The notes: a model not told the origin generated them from the sequence alone. Positions 39,640 to 48,964 are shown, counted from the stretch's first letter. The stretch is DNA of 64,000 nucleotides from a candidate division WWE3 bacterium RIFOXYB1_FULL_43_24 (GCA_001773135.1 MEVX01000008.1:25992-89991); one strand, 5' to 3'. A program made the numbers and translations.

Positions 39640-39954
39640 TCACTCTAAAAGTTTTTTCCCTTCTTCCACAGAGATAATTTCTTCGTGAGTTGTCAATTGT
39701 TCAAAACCGAGGTAATAACAAACGAAGGCGACTTCCTCGTTTTTATAATAAGCGCGGTAGATTTTCAATGTTGCTACTTTGTCTTGAAACTCCACCTCCC
39801 TGACTCCCAGGGGCTCCTGGTCAATAAACAATGTCCCCACAGGTATTTGTTTATAGAACGTGACTGCTTTAAGATTTCCGCGTGCACTTTTTTGGAAGTG
39901 TTTGATCGTGCAAACTTGTGTTACCATGCGGTACGTGCCATTAGTGTTGTTCAT
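39640..39954 (-). CDS. Hypothetical protein (104 aa) lying between tRNA genes
   Basis: ORF only. No motif recognised. Confidence 0.35.
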   Translation of the reverse strand: MNNTNGTYRMVTQVCTIKHFQKSARGNLKAVTFYKQIPVGTLFIDQEPLGVREVEFQDKVATLKIYRAYYKNEEVAFVCYYLGFEQLTTHEEIISVEEGKKLLE

Positions 39955-40180
39955 TTTCTCCCTCTCTTTATGCAGTTCGAATTAGTGGGGTTATCGGTTT
40001 TGCTCTAGCGCGTCTATATAAATTTATCTCTCCTTCAATCAGATTTTTTGCAGTATATCACAGAATATAACTGCGTTCTTTTAGCCCGACACGTGCAAAA
40101 AAAAAACACTTAACCGCGCGAATTGTATTGTAGGTTTGGAATATTGTTGGAAAGGCGGGGTGGATTGAATTTCAATCATT

Positions 40181-40420
40181 TGGAGCGGGTGACGGGATTC
40201 GGTCACCGGTTCGTGTCTGCTGACACGCCCGTCGACCCCGCCTCGCTCACCTACGTTCGCTGCGGCATTCTCATCCCGTCAGACTAAAAAGCTTGTCAGG
40301 AGATAAACTCCCGCCAACCTTTTTGGAGCGGGTGACGGGATTCGGTCACCGGTTCGTGTCTGCTGACACGCCCGTCGACCCCGCCTCACTCACCTTCGTT
40401 CGCTGCGGCATTCTCATCCC
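40181..40420 (-). repeat. Two tandem 97-bp GC-rich repeats (40181-40277 and 40324-40420; period 143 bp; 2 mismatches). Each ends on the minus strand with the last 21 nt of tRNA-Gly (CGAATCCCGTCACCCGCTCCA).
   Basis: Read directly. The copies lie immediately 3' of the intact tRNA-Gly on the minus strand. Each unit has internal hairpins (GGTGAC/GTCACC, GTGTC-AGCA-GACAC). Confidence 0.8.
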
Positions 40421-40471
40421 TTACACCCTATAAATTTGCCCACCAACCCTGCGGGCTGTTGGTCAAATTTC

Positions 40472-40546
40472 TGGAGCGGGTGACGGGATTCGAACCCGCG
40501 ACCTTTTCCTTGGGAAGGAAACGCCATACCACTAGGCCACACCCGC
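40472..40546 (-). tRNA. tRNA-Gly (anticodon CCC), CCA encoded
   Basis: Reverse complement folds as GCGGGTG-TG-GCC..GGC-G-TTTCC-TTCCCAA-GGAAA-AGGTC-GCGGG-TTCGAAT-CCCGT-CACCCGC-T-CCA. Confidence 0.9.
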
Positions 40547-40628
40547 GTATCAAAGAGATTATAACAACAGAGCACAACAAAAAACACCCTCAGCTATAAG
40601 GGTGTTCTTAAGTTCGAAAGTAAAAAAA

Positions 40629-41123
40629 TTAGGGAAGAACCAAAACCTGACCGGGAATAATCAAAGCCTGCTGCCCGTTAACTAAAAATCCCACATCACC
40701 TTTATTTGCTTCCAATATCTTTGTCCATTGAGAGCCGTCGCCGTAAGCTCCTTCAGCTATTTCCCACAGAGTGTCGCCGGATTTAACTGTGTATGTTGCC
40801 CCTTGAATATCACCTTTTTGGTAGTTGTTGGCTACCCACTCGGCTTTAACAAGACCACTCACATCAGCTTTCGAAATAGTCCCCGCGACTGTAGGCGGTA
40901 AATTTTTATCTGCCGCTGCGTTTCCGTTTATATCTCCCTCTACCTCCTCGAAATCGCCGTTTTCCTCTTGAAATACTGCTTGTTCCTGAGTTTTACTTAT
41001 CTCTTCCGAGCTTTTGTTGAAATAATTGTATGCAGCGAAAACCAAAGCAACTATAAATAACCCGCCGATTATCAAAGCCAAACCGTCTCTCTCGTTACCT
41101 TTTTCTTTTACGTCTGTGGACAT
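40629..41123 (-). CDS. LysM-domain protein with N-terminal TM anchor
   Basis: C-terminal YTVKSGDTLWEIAEGAYGDGSQWTKILEANKGDV is a LysM motif. N-terminal TM LALIIGGLFIVALVFAAY. Confidence 0.7.
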   Translation of the reverse strand: MSTDVKEKGNERDGLALIIGGLFIVALVFAAYNYFNKSSEEISKTQEQAVFQEENGDFEEVEGDINGNAAADKNLPPTVAGTISKADVSGLVKAEWVANNYQKGDIQGATYTVKSGDTLWEIAEGAYGDGSQWTKILEANKGDVGFLVNGQQALIIPGQVLVLP

Positions 41124-41167
41124 TTACGAACCTCCTTCATATGAGGGCAGAAATAAGATTAATACTA

Positions 41168-41244
41168 TGGCGGGATCGACGGGACTCGAACCCGCGGCCT
41201 CCGCAGTGACAGTGCGGCGCTCTAACCGACTGAGCTACGACCCC
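41168..41244 (-). tRNA. tRNA-Asp (anticodon GTC), CCA encoded
   Basis: Reverse complement: GGGGTCG-TA-GCTC-AGTCGGTTA-GAGC-G-CCGCA-CTGTCAC-TGCGG-AGGCC-GCGGG-TTCGAGT-CCCGT-CGATCCC-G-CCA. Confidence 0.9.
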
Positions 41245-41733
41245 TTAATGCTGGTGTTATACTAGCAATTTGTTGTTATATGGTCAATAAATTAGATAAC
41301 TATCCGGCTTTTATTACATTTTGCGTTGGTGTTTTTTCTGGTAAAATGACAAAAAATCAGGTCTGAGGAGGGGTAAAATGTTTGAAGCTTTTTCGTTTCG
41401 CAGTTTGTTAAGGGCGCAGGGGATACGTTTGCTGTCAATACAGTACACGGAAACACACGCGCCGGGAGCCAACCATGTGTGCTGTAAGCCGATTGAGTAC
41501 TCGGTAGCGGATGGAAGCTTTAAGCAGATTCCGGAGGAGACAATGCATGAGATTTCAGAAAGTCTTCGGTTTCGTCCGAGCAAAGCTGAAGTTAGTAGGC
41601 TTAGCAGTACGTTGTACGTAAGAGTTCCACGTTAGCGTTTTGTTTCAATGCGGTTTTCTGTTCTTGTTTTTATAAACAACAGAGACCGCATTTTTTTGTC
41701 ACCGTCTTCTTATAACTTTGCTATTATTTACAT

Positions 41734-43491
41734 ATGAACGCCAATCGTATTTCCAACAAAGAAGTCATTTCAGCTATGAAAGAAGTTTTAGCTGCGATGG
41801 ATGTGAAGAATTTCAACGTTTTTAGGGTGAGGGCTTATCAGAACGCTATAGCGATACTCGACAACCTGACAGTTTCAATATACGACTTGTGGGAAAACGG
41901 CAGGCTGAAAGAAATTCCGGGTGTGGGGGCAAGTATTTACGGCCATCTAAATGAGCTTTTTTCCACAGGGAAAGTTAAAGAATTCGAAGCAATTAAAAAG
42001 GATCTACCTGAAGGGATGTTTGCGCTAATCGGTATCCGCGGTATCGGAGCAAGAAAAGCTTTTAAACTTGCTAATGCTTTCAAAATAAAAACAAGGGAGG
42101 GGGCAGTTGAACGAGTTAAAGAACACGCAGAAAAAGGTGAGATAAGAGAGCTTGAAGGTTTCGGCGAAAAATCGGAAAAAGACATACTGGAGTCTATCGG
42201 TCAGTTCAAGATGACCAAGAACGAGAAACAACGCGTGCTCTACTCAAGAGCGGAGGAAACGGTGGGGAGAATTTACGATTACATGAAGGAGTTGGATGCA
42301 CTCGGTCACATTGAAGCCGCCGGATCATTCCGCAGGAAGAACGCCACAATCGGGGATCTGGATATACCTGTTGCTACTACCGACCCTGACAAAACAATCA
42401 AGCACTTTTTACAATTTCCTGAAATTGCCGAGACTTTAGTAAAAGGTGACAAAAAATGCAGCGTTGTCCTTAAAAATGATTTACAGGTGGACCTGAGAGT
42501 TTCAACCCCCGAAGCGTACGGTGCCATGCTCCAGTATTTTACAGGTTCCAAACAACATAACATTCTCCTCCGCAACTTTGCCCTTTCCAGAAATATGTCT
42601 TTATCCGAGTACGGGATTAAAAAAGGAAGCGACATTTACGAGTTTGCAGATGAGCCGTCTTTTTATAAATTTTTAGGGCTGCCTTATATAGAGCCTGAAC
42701 TGAGGAACGGTTCTAACGAAATTGAAGCGGCTATTGAAAATAAACTACCTGATTTGATTGAGCTAAAGGATATTAAAGGAGAAGTTCATACCCACACTAC
42801 TGATTCGGACGGAGTAAGCACTTTGGAAGAAATGGTAGATGCGGCCATCGCGTTAGGTTACGAATATTTAGGAATTTCAGACCACGCACCGAGCGTTACA
42901 TCACGCGGCTACAAAGAAGTATCGGATATTATAAAAAAGAAACGGGCGGCGATAAATAAAATAAACGAAAAACAAAATTTTATTAAAGTTTTCTTCGGCT
43001 ATGAAGTTAATATTCTAGCTGACGCGGCATTAGGTTTACCCGACGAAGTGCTTTCTGAGCTGGACTATGTTGTAGCTTCTATCCACACTTCTTTTAATCA
43101 GGACAGGGAGCAGATAACGGATAGACTTCTGGCCGCAATAGAAAATCCTTACGTGAATATAATCGGTCACCCATCGGGGAGGTTGCTAAATCAACGAGAT
43201 CCGGTAGACCCCGCGTGGGATAAAATATTTTTAGCTGCCCGTGATAACAACAAAATTCTTGAAATAAATTCTCAACCCGACCGTTTAGACCTTACCGACG
43301 ATTTGGTAAAGGAAGCAATCGGCTGGAAAGTGAAAATGGTGATAAGTAGTGATGCACACGCTACAGATCAGTTTTCACACATGAAGTACGGAATTTATAA
43401 CGCACGCCGGGGTTGGGCGGAAAAGAAAAATATTTTAAATACGCTCGGTTTTACTGACTTTGTGAGAGAAGCCGGGATACGTTTGAAGTGA
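41734..43491 (+). CDS. polX: Family X DNA polymerase with a C-terminal PHP phosphoesterase domain (PolX)
   Basis: 585 aa. N-terminal Pol-beta-like HhH (IPGVGASIYGHL; GIRGIGARKAFKL) and nucleotidyltransferase (GSFRRKNATIGDLDI). C-terminal PHP with HTHTTDSDG ... SDHA. Confidence 0.85.
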   Translation: MNANRISNKEVISAMKEVLAAMDVKNFNVFRVRAYQNAIAILDNLTVSIYDLWENGRLKEIPGVGASIYGHLNELFSTGKVKEFEAIKKDLPEGMFALIGIRGIGARKAFKLANAFKIKTREGAVERVKEHAEKGEIRELEGFGEKSEKDILESIGQFKMTKNEKQRVLYSRAEETVGRIYDYMKELDALGHIEAAGSFRRKNATIGDLDIPVATTDPDKTIKHFLQFPEIAETLVKGDKKCSVVLKNDLQVDLRVSTPEAYGAMLQYFTGSKQHNILLRNFALSRNMSLSEYGIKKGSDIYEFADEPSFYKFLGLPYIEPELRNGSNEIEAAIENKLPDLIELKDIKGEVHTHTTDSDGVSTLEEMVDAAIALGYEYLGISDHAPSVTSRGYKEVSDIIKKKRAAINKINEKQNFIKVFFGYEVNILADAALGLPDEVLSELDYVVASIHTSFNQDREQITDRLLAAIENPYVNIIGHPSGRLLNQRDPVDPAWDKIFLAARDNNKILEINSQPDRLDLTDDLVKEAIGWKVKMVISSDAHATDQFSHMKYGIYNARRGWAEKKNILNTLGFTDFVREAGIRLK

Positions 43492-43550
43492 ATTCCTCAG
43501 AAAAAGATATATAATAGCTTTAGTAATTTTGTTAACTAAGGAGGTGCATT

Positions 43551-44093
43551 ATGGAGATACTATTAGTTGTCATTGCGTTAGCCGCAGTATTCTTGATTTC
43601 AATTTATAACTCTCTCGCAACACTGAAAGTTAAGATCAAAGAAGCCTGGAGTCAGATAGATGTACAGCTTAAAAGAAGGATTGACCTTATACCTAATTTG
43701 GTAGAGTCGGTTAAAGGCTATGCTGCTCATGAAAAGGAAGTGTTCGAGAATGTTACCAAAGCCCGTGCGGCTTTGATGACCGCAGGAGATCCTAAAGCTG
43801 CCGGTGAAGCTGATATGCAGTTAACTTCAGCTTTAAAGAGTCTTTTTGCCGTTGCTGAGGCCTATCCAGAACTGAAAGCTCAGGAAGGTTTTATTAACTT
43901 GCAGAAAGAACTTTCCGATACGGAAGACAAGGTCGCTTATTCCAGACAATTCTTTAACAGCGTTGTAAGACAATACAACGAGAAGATTGTTGCTTTCCCT
44001 TCAAACCTGATTGCCGGAATGTTCGGATTCAAGCAGGAAGCATTCTTTGAAGCAGAAGCCCAGGACAGAGAAGCAGTTAAAGTTGAGTTCTAA
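43551..44093 (+). CDS. lemA: LemA family protein
   Basis: 180 aa. N-terminal TM then the LemA core (YNSLATLKVKIKEAWSQIDVQLKRRIDLIPNLVESVKGYAAHE). A strong SD AAGGAGGTG lies upstream. Confidence 0.8.
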   Translation: MEILLVVIALAAVFLISIYNSLATLKVKIKEAWSQIDVQLKRRIDLIPNLVESVKGYAAHEKEVFENVTKARAALMTAGDPKAAGEADMQLTSALKSLFAVAEAYPELKAQEGFINLQKELSDTEDKVAYSRQFFNSVVRQYNEKIVAFPSNLIAGMFGFKQEAFFEAEAQDREAVKVEF

Positions 44094-44099
44094 GCTTAG

Positions 44100-44567
44100 A
44101 TGGACAAGCACATTTTAAAGATAAAGATTGCTGTCTTGGCCTATTTTGAGAAAGACGGAGAAGTTCTTTTGCAAAAACGAAAGAACACCGGTTGGCGGGA
44201 CGGTTGGTATGGATTAGTAGCAGGGCACGTCGACGAAGGAGAATCTTACAAGTTGGCATTATGCCGCGAAATTAAAGAGGAAACCGGAGTTGACGTTCTC
44301 GAGGAAGATTTGGAGTTCAGTCACTTTTTATCGATACCTGCAAAGATCTCAGACTGCAGCAGGCAGTATTTTTACTTTATTGTTAAAAAGTGGAACGGAA
44401 CTCCGGAAAATACCGAACCTGAAAAATGTGACGGGATTGAGTGGTTCGATAAGTCGTCTCTTCCTGACAACCTGATACCCGTCGTGAAGTCCGGAATGGA
44501 AAAAATGCTCGTCGGAGAAAAATACAGCGAGTTTGGTTGGGAAGAAGGATACACAGAACTATCATGA
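44100..44567 (+). CDS. NUDIX hydrolase
   Basis: Nudix box GHVDEGESYKLALCREIKEETGV fits the GX5EX7REUXEEXGU pattern. Confidence 0.8.
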   Translation: MDKHILKIKIAVLAYFEKDGEVLLQKRKNTGWRDGWYGLVAGHVDEGESYKLALCREIKEETGVDVLEEDLEFSHFLSIPAKISDCSRQYFYFIVKKWNGTPENTEPEKCDGIEWFDKSSLPDNLIPVVKSGMEKMLVGEKYSEFGWEEGYTELS

Positions 44568-45463
44568 ACATGTACCAGCATATAAATCAAAATAAACGGG
44601 ACACAATGATAATCATCGCCTTGTTTATTGCTGTGGTATCAGCAATAGGCTGGTTTGTAGGTGAATATTTTTACGATGGGTCAGGCATGACTTTTTTAGG
44701 GGGTGCCCTTATTTTCTCCGGAATCTCAGGATTTATTTCTTATTACAACTCAGACAAAATAGTTTTAGGAATATCGGGAGCAAAAGAAGTTAAGTTTGAA
44801 GACGGCCCGGATCTTCACAAATTAGTAGAGAATATGAGTATAGCTTCGGGTATACCCAAGCCAAGGATTTACGTTATTCAGGATTCATCTATGAATGCAT
44901 TTGCTACCGGCCGCGATCCCAACCACTCGGTAATCTGTTTTACAACAGGAATTATCCAACGCTTAGAAAAAAGAGAGCTTGAAGGAGTTATCGCGCATGA
45001 AATGTCTCATATCGGAAATTATGATATACGCCTTATGTCTATTGTGAGCATATTAGTAGGGACAGTCATGCTTTTATCAGATTGGTTCACGAGAGGAGCG
45101 TTTTTCGGAGGTTCGAGGAAACGAAGTTCCAATTCGGATTCGGGAGGTAGCATATTTTTTCTCATCGGAATGGTTTTACTTATACTAAGTCCTATAATTG
45201 CCACCTTGATAAAACTTGCCATTAGCAGAAACAGGGAATTTTTAGCGGACGCCACAGCGGTATCCATAACAAGACACCCGAAAGGATTAGCCGATGCTTT
45301 AACGAAATTGGGGTCCGATAAGGAAGTTTTAGAAGCAGCCAACGGTGCTACAGCCCATCTTTATATCGTAAGCCCGGTGAAAAACCTGGGAAAAGCAGCA
45401 AGCAACCTATTTTCTACACACCCTCCGATAGAAGAACGCGTAAATCGTCTCCTGCAAATGTAA
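44564..45463 (+). CDS. htpX: Zn-dependent membrane protease HtpX (M48)
   Basis: HEMSHIGNYD contains the HExxH motif. Multiple TM helices. The start ATG overlaps the NUDIX stop (ATGA at 44564-44567). The track ORF starts earlier, at 44537. Confidence 0.8.
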   Translation: MNMYQHINQNKRDTMIIIALFIAVVSAIGWFVGEYFYDGSGMTFLGGALIFSGISGFISYYNSDKIVLGISGAKEVKFEDGPDLHKLVENMSIASGIPKPRIYVIQDSSMNAFATGRDPNHSVICFTTGIIQRLEKRELEGVIAHEMSHIGNYDIRLMSIVSILVGTVMLLSDWFTRGAFFGGSRKRSSNSDSGGSIFFLIGMVLLILSPIIATLIKLAISRNREFLADATAVSITRHPKGLADALTKLGSDKEVLEAANGATAHLYIVSPVKNLGKAASNLFSTHPPIEERVNRLLQM

Positions 45464-45503
45464 ACGCCCAAAAACCTTTTAATATCCACGAAAATGCTTT
45501 AAT

Positions 45504-45812
45504 ATGAACACTATGGACAGCAGGAAAATAACAATCGAAGAGGTCAAAAAGATTGCTCAGATGTCCAAACTTAACATTGAGGGCGACGAAGAAAAATTTT
45601 CCCAATTATTATCACAAACTCTAGATTACATAAAAATATTGGATGAGCTAGATACTTCTAAAGTTAGTGAAACATTTCAGGTTACGGGTTTAACAAATGT
45701 TTATCAGGACGGTTCACAAAAAGTAACTCTTCCCCGCGAAGACGCGTTAAAAAATGTGAAGGAGACTGCGCGAAACCTTGTGGTTACTAAAGGAGTTTTC
45801 GACCGTGAGTAA
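45504..45812 (+). CDS. gatC: Asp/Glu-tRNA(Asn/Gln) amidotransferase subunit C
   Basis: 102 aa. ITIEEVKKIAQMSKLNIEGDEEKFSQLLSQTLDYIKILDELDT is GatC-like. Sits directly upstream of gatA. Confidence 0.8.
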   Translation: MNTMDSRKITIEEVKKIAQMSKLNIEGDEEKFSQLLSQTLDYIKILDELDTSKVSETFQVTGLTNVYQDGSQKVTLPREDALKNVKETARNLVVTKGVFDRE

Positions 45813-47244
45813 ACTTAATGAGCTTACAGTATTAGAGGCGATCGAAGGTTTAAAAAAGAAGGAATTTACTTCGGTAGAACTGGTAAGAGCTTGTTTAACC
45901 CAAATTGAAAAATATGACTCTAAGGTTAAGGCTTTTTTGAGAGTTACTGCGGATAGCGCGTTAAAAAAAGCGGAGGAGGCCGACAAAGAAATTTCAGCTA
46001 AAGGTGCTGAGGCTTTCATAAACAAACCACTATTAGGCATACCGTACGCGGCAAAAGATAATTACTCAACAAAAGATGTGGAAACTACCGCGTCCTCAAA
46101 AGTTTTGGAAGGTTATGTTCCACCGTTTGACGCCACAGCGATTAAAAGGCTGAACGAGGCGGGAGCGATTTTGCTGGGAAAAACGAACTTGGACGCATTT
46201 GCTCATGGTTCTTCCACCGAAACTTCGGACTTCGGAGCAACCTTTAATCCGTGGGACCTAACTAAGGTTCCGGGCGGTTCCTCGGGAGGCTCAGCGGCCG
46301 CTGTAGCGTCCCACATGGTGTTATTTGCAACCGGAAGTGAAACAGGAGGAAGTACACGGGGACCTGCGTCCTGGTGCGGTGTTACGGGCGTAAAACCCTC
46401 TTACGGCAGAGTAAGCAGATATGGAATTGTAGCCATGGCTTCTTCTACTGATTCTCCTGGTCCGCTAACTAAAACAGCCGAAGACGCGGCTGTGATTCTG
46501 AGAGTTATGGCAGGAAAAGATTCGCTCGACGCAACATCCTTACAAACCGAGGTACCCGATTACTTATCCGAAGGGAAATCTTTTAGTATGCAGGGGGTCA
46601 AAATCGGAAGGCCGGTGTCCTACTTTGAAATGGAACTTGAAGAGGGAACGCGAAAAAAGATTGATGAAGCAATCGAGGTTTTCAGATCTTTGGGAGCGGA
46701 AATTATTGACGTCGATATGTTAAGTCCGAAATATTCAATTGCCGTTTACACAATTTTACAAAGATCAGAAGTTTCTTCGAATTTGGCGAGACTCGACGGG
46801 ATAAGATATGGTCACGACCGCAACTCTTTCGGGTTTGAAGCTAAGAAAAGAATTATGTTGGGAGCTTACACTTTAAGCTCTGGATATTACGATGCTTACT
46901 ACGCGAAAGCGCAAAAAGTACGCACATTAATTAAACAAAGTTTTGATTCAGCATTTGAAAAAGTCGATTTGTTGATTGCCCCTTCTATGCCGTGCGTTGC
47001 TTTGAATGTCGGCGAAAGTTCTAACTCGCCGATGTTCGGAGAAATGATGGATGTTTTGAACGAGCCGAGTTGTATCGCGGGAGTCCCGGGAATAAGTGTA
47101 CCGTGCGGGTTTTACAATGGGTTGCCAGTGGGTGTCCAAATAATGAGCAAAATAAACGAAGAGTCGAAAATATTCGGGGCGTTATTTAATTATCAGGGGG
47201 CGACGGGCTTTCATCTCGAAAAACCGGCGTTAATTAAGGAATAA
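45778..47244 (+). CDS. gatA: Asp/Glu-tRNA amidotransferase subunit A (amidase signature family)
   Basis: Amidase signature GGSSGGSAAAVA and a Ser-cisSer-Lys triad region. The true start is probably GTG 45805, overlapping the gatC stop. Confidence 0.9.
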   Translation: MWLLKEFSTVSKLNELTVLEAIEGLKKKEFTSVELVRACLTQIEKYDSKVKAFLRVTADSALKKAEEADKEISAKGAEAFINKPLLGIPYAAKDNYSTKDVETTASSKVLEGYVPPFDATAIKRLNEAGAILLGKTNLDAFAHGSSTETSDFGATFNPWDLTKVPGGSSGGSAAAVASHMVLFATGSETGGSTRGPASWCGVTGVKPSYGRVSRYGIVAMASSTDSPGPLTKTAEDAAVILRVMAGKDSLDATSLQTEVPDYLSEGKSFSMQGVKIGRPVSYFEMELEEGTRKKIDEAIEVFRSLGAEIIDVDMLSPKYSIAVYTILQRSEVSSNLARLDGIRYGHDRNSFGFEAKKRIMLGAYTLSSGYYDAYYAKAQKVRTLIKQSFDSAFEKVDLLIAPSMPCVALNVGESSNSPMFGEMMDVLNEPSCIAGVPGISVPCGFYNGLPVGVQIMSKINEESKIFGALFNYQGATGFHLEKPALIKE

Positions 47245-47245
47245 A

Positions 47246-47638
47246 ATGGGATTTTTTGATTTTATATTCGGGTCAGGAACGGGAACATCTTACGGAAGCG
47301 TGAGCCAGGAAACTGTGAGAAAAATAACCTCTGACTGGGAAAATATAAGCGTGTTACTTAAACAAAAAGGTCCTTCGCAATTAAAACAGGCGTTGATTAT
47401 GGCTGACAAATCATTGGACGCGGTATTAAAAGAGATTGTTCCGGGCGAGACAATGGGAGAACGTTTAAAAAACGCCGTTGATAAATTCGACAGGCCGACT
47501 TACAACAGAATTTGGGATGCGCACAAATTAAGAAATAGTTTGGTACATGAAGCAGGTTTTGAGCCGGCATATTTTATGGTTACCGAAGCAGTCGCAAATT
47601 TAAAAGAAGCTTTATATAAATTAGGAGTTAACGTTTAA
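47246..47638 (+). CDS. Hypothetical protein with a HEPN-like Rx4H motif (AHKLRNSLVHEAGF), inserted between gatA and gatB
   Basis: 130 aa, predicted all-alpha. R-N-x3-H near the C-terminus sits where the HEPN catalytic motif lies. No other recognisable motifs. Confidence 0.4.
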   Translation: MGFFDFIFGSGTGTSYGSVSQETVRKITSDWENISVLLKQKGPSQLKQALIMADKSLDAVLKEIVPGETMGERLKNAVDKFDRPTYNRIWDAHKLRNSLVHEAGFEPAYFMVTEAVANLKEALYKLGVNV

Positions 47639-47641
47639 AAA

Positions 47642-48964
47642 ATGACCGAAGAATTATTAGGAAAATACAAACTGGTCGTGGGAATGGAAGTTCACGTCCA
47701 ACCAAAAACGGAACAAAAAATGTTCTGCGGATGCGACGCTAATATATGGGGCGCCGAGCCTAATACACACACTTGCCCAACCTGTCTGGGATTACCGGGT
47801 GCTTTACCCGTTCCTAATTTAGAAGGAGTTAAAAAAGCGCAGCTACTGGGTTTAGCCCTAAACTGCAACTTAAACACCGATGCAAGATTTGACAGAAAAC
47901 ATTACTTTTACCCCGATCTTCCGAAGGGTTACCAAATTAGTCAGTACAAACAACCTTTGTGTGAAAACGGTTCGTTGCTTTTGGAAAGCGGGGATACAGC
48001 CGACATCGAACGAGTTCACTTAGAAGAAGACGTGGCAAAGTCTTTTCACGAAGCTGGTAAAACTTTAGTTGATTTCAATAAATCAGGACTTCCACTCATC
48101 GAAGTAGTAACAAGGCCGTGTTTCCGTTCCATTGAAGACGCCGTCGACTATTGTAAAAAACTCCAGGTAATTTGCAGGTATTTAGGAATAAGCGAAGCCG
48201 ATATGGAAAAAGGACAGATGAGACTGGAAGCTAATATCTCACTACGAACAGCCGAGATGGAGAAAAAAGACGAACTGTCCCCCTATAAAGTAGAAGTTAA
48301 GAATATTAACTCGTTTAAATATATGGAAAAAGCTGTACGAGCGGAAATTGTAAGACAGCGGGAAATTTTGGAAAAAGGCGAAATGCCGAAACAGGAAAAC
48401 AGGGGATACGACGAATTTAAAAATATTACTGTCGCACAACGTGATAAAGAGGAAGCTTCTGATTACAGATACTTTCCGGAACCTGATATTCCGCCTATGG
48501 TTTTTGATGACAAGTATATAAACGAGTTAAGGGCGGTTGAAGGTAGCTTGCCCCGGTCACTAAGAAGAGAAATGGAAGAAAAGGGTGTCACAAAAGAGCA
48601 GAGTAGGATTTTGGTGGAAGTGATGGGACTTCCGGTTGTGGAAAAATTCGGGAAGTTGGTGGACGGGGGTCTGGATGCATCAAAAGCGGCCACAGTGCTG
48701 ATAAACAGGAAGGATCTTTTTGAACTGGATGCCAGCGAAATATCGGAAAAATTAAAAGGCGAAGATGACAAAGTTTCAGATGCGCGGGAAATAAATAAGG
48801 TTATAGAGTCAGTTTTGGAAAAGAACCAGTCCGCTGTTTCTGATTTTAAAAACGGAAAAGAAAGCGCTTTGCAGTTTTTATTGGGTAGCGTTATGAGGGA
48901 GATGAAGGGTAAAGCAGACCCGGTTATTGCCTTAGATTTGATAAAGGAATTTCTAAGTAAATAA
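47642..48964 (+). CDS. gatB: Asp/Glu-tRNA amidotransferase subunit B
   Basis: 440 aa. N-terminal YKLVVGMEVHVQ...KMFCGC is a GatB signature. C-terminal YqeY-like domain. Confidence 0.9.
   Translation: MTEELLGKYKLVVGMEVHVQPKTEQKMFCGCDANIWGAEPNTHTCPTCLGLPGALPVPNLEGVKKAQLLGLALNCNLNTDARFDRKHYFYPDLPKGYQISQYKQPLCENGSLLLESGDTADIERVHLEEDVAKSFHEAGKTLVDFNKSGLPLIEVVTRPCFRSIEDAVDYCKKLQVICRYLGISEADMEKGQMRLEANISLRTAEMEKKDELSPYKVEVKNINSFKYMEKAVRAEIVRQREILEKGEMPKQENRGYDEFKNITVAQRDKEEASDYRYFPEPDIPPMVFDDKYINELRAVEGSLPRSLRREMEEKGVTKEQSRILVEVMGLPVVEKFGKLVDGGLDASKAATVLINRKDLFELDASEISEKLKGEDDKVSDAREINKVIESVLEKNQSAVSDFKNGKESALQFLLGSVMREMKGKADPVIALDLIKEFLSK

Noticed and set aside
40181-40546. 97-bp repeats considered as a CRISPR-like array or as extra tRNA genes
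   Set aside because: There are only two copies with one 46-bp spacer. The units contain a tRNA 3' end but lack any 5' acceptor strand, D-arm or anticodon arm, so they do not fold as tRNAs.
41378-41635. 85-aa ORF in the gap after tRNA-Asp
   Set aside because: Atypical amino-acid composition (Arg/Ser-rich, many rare codons), overlapped by an equally long antisense ORF, and no SD. More likely non-coding, possibly an unrecognised ncRNA, than a protein gene. Kept only as a finding.
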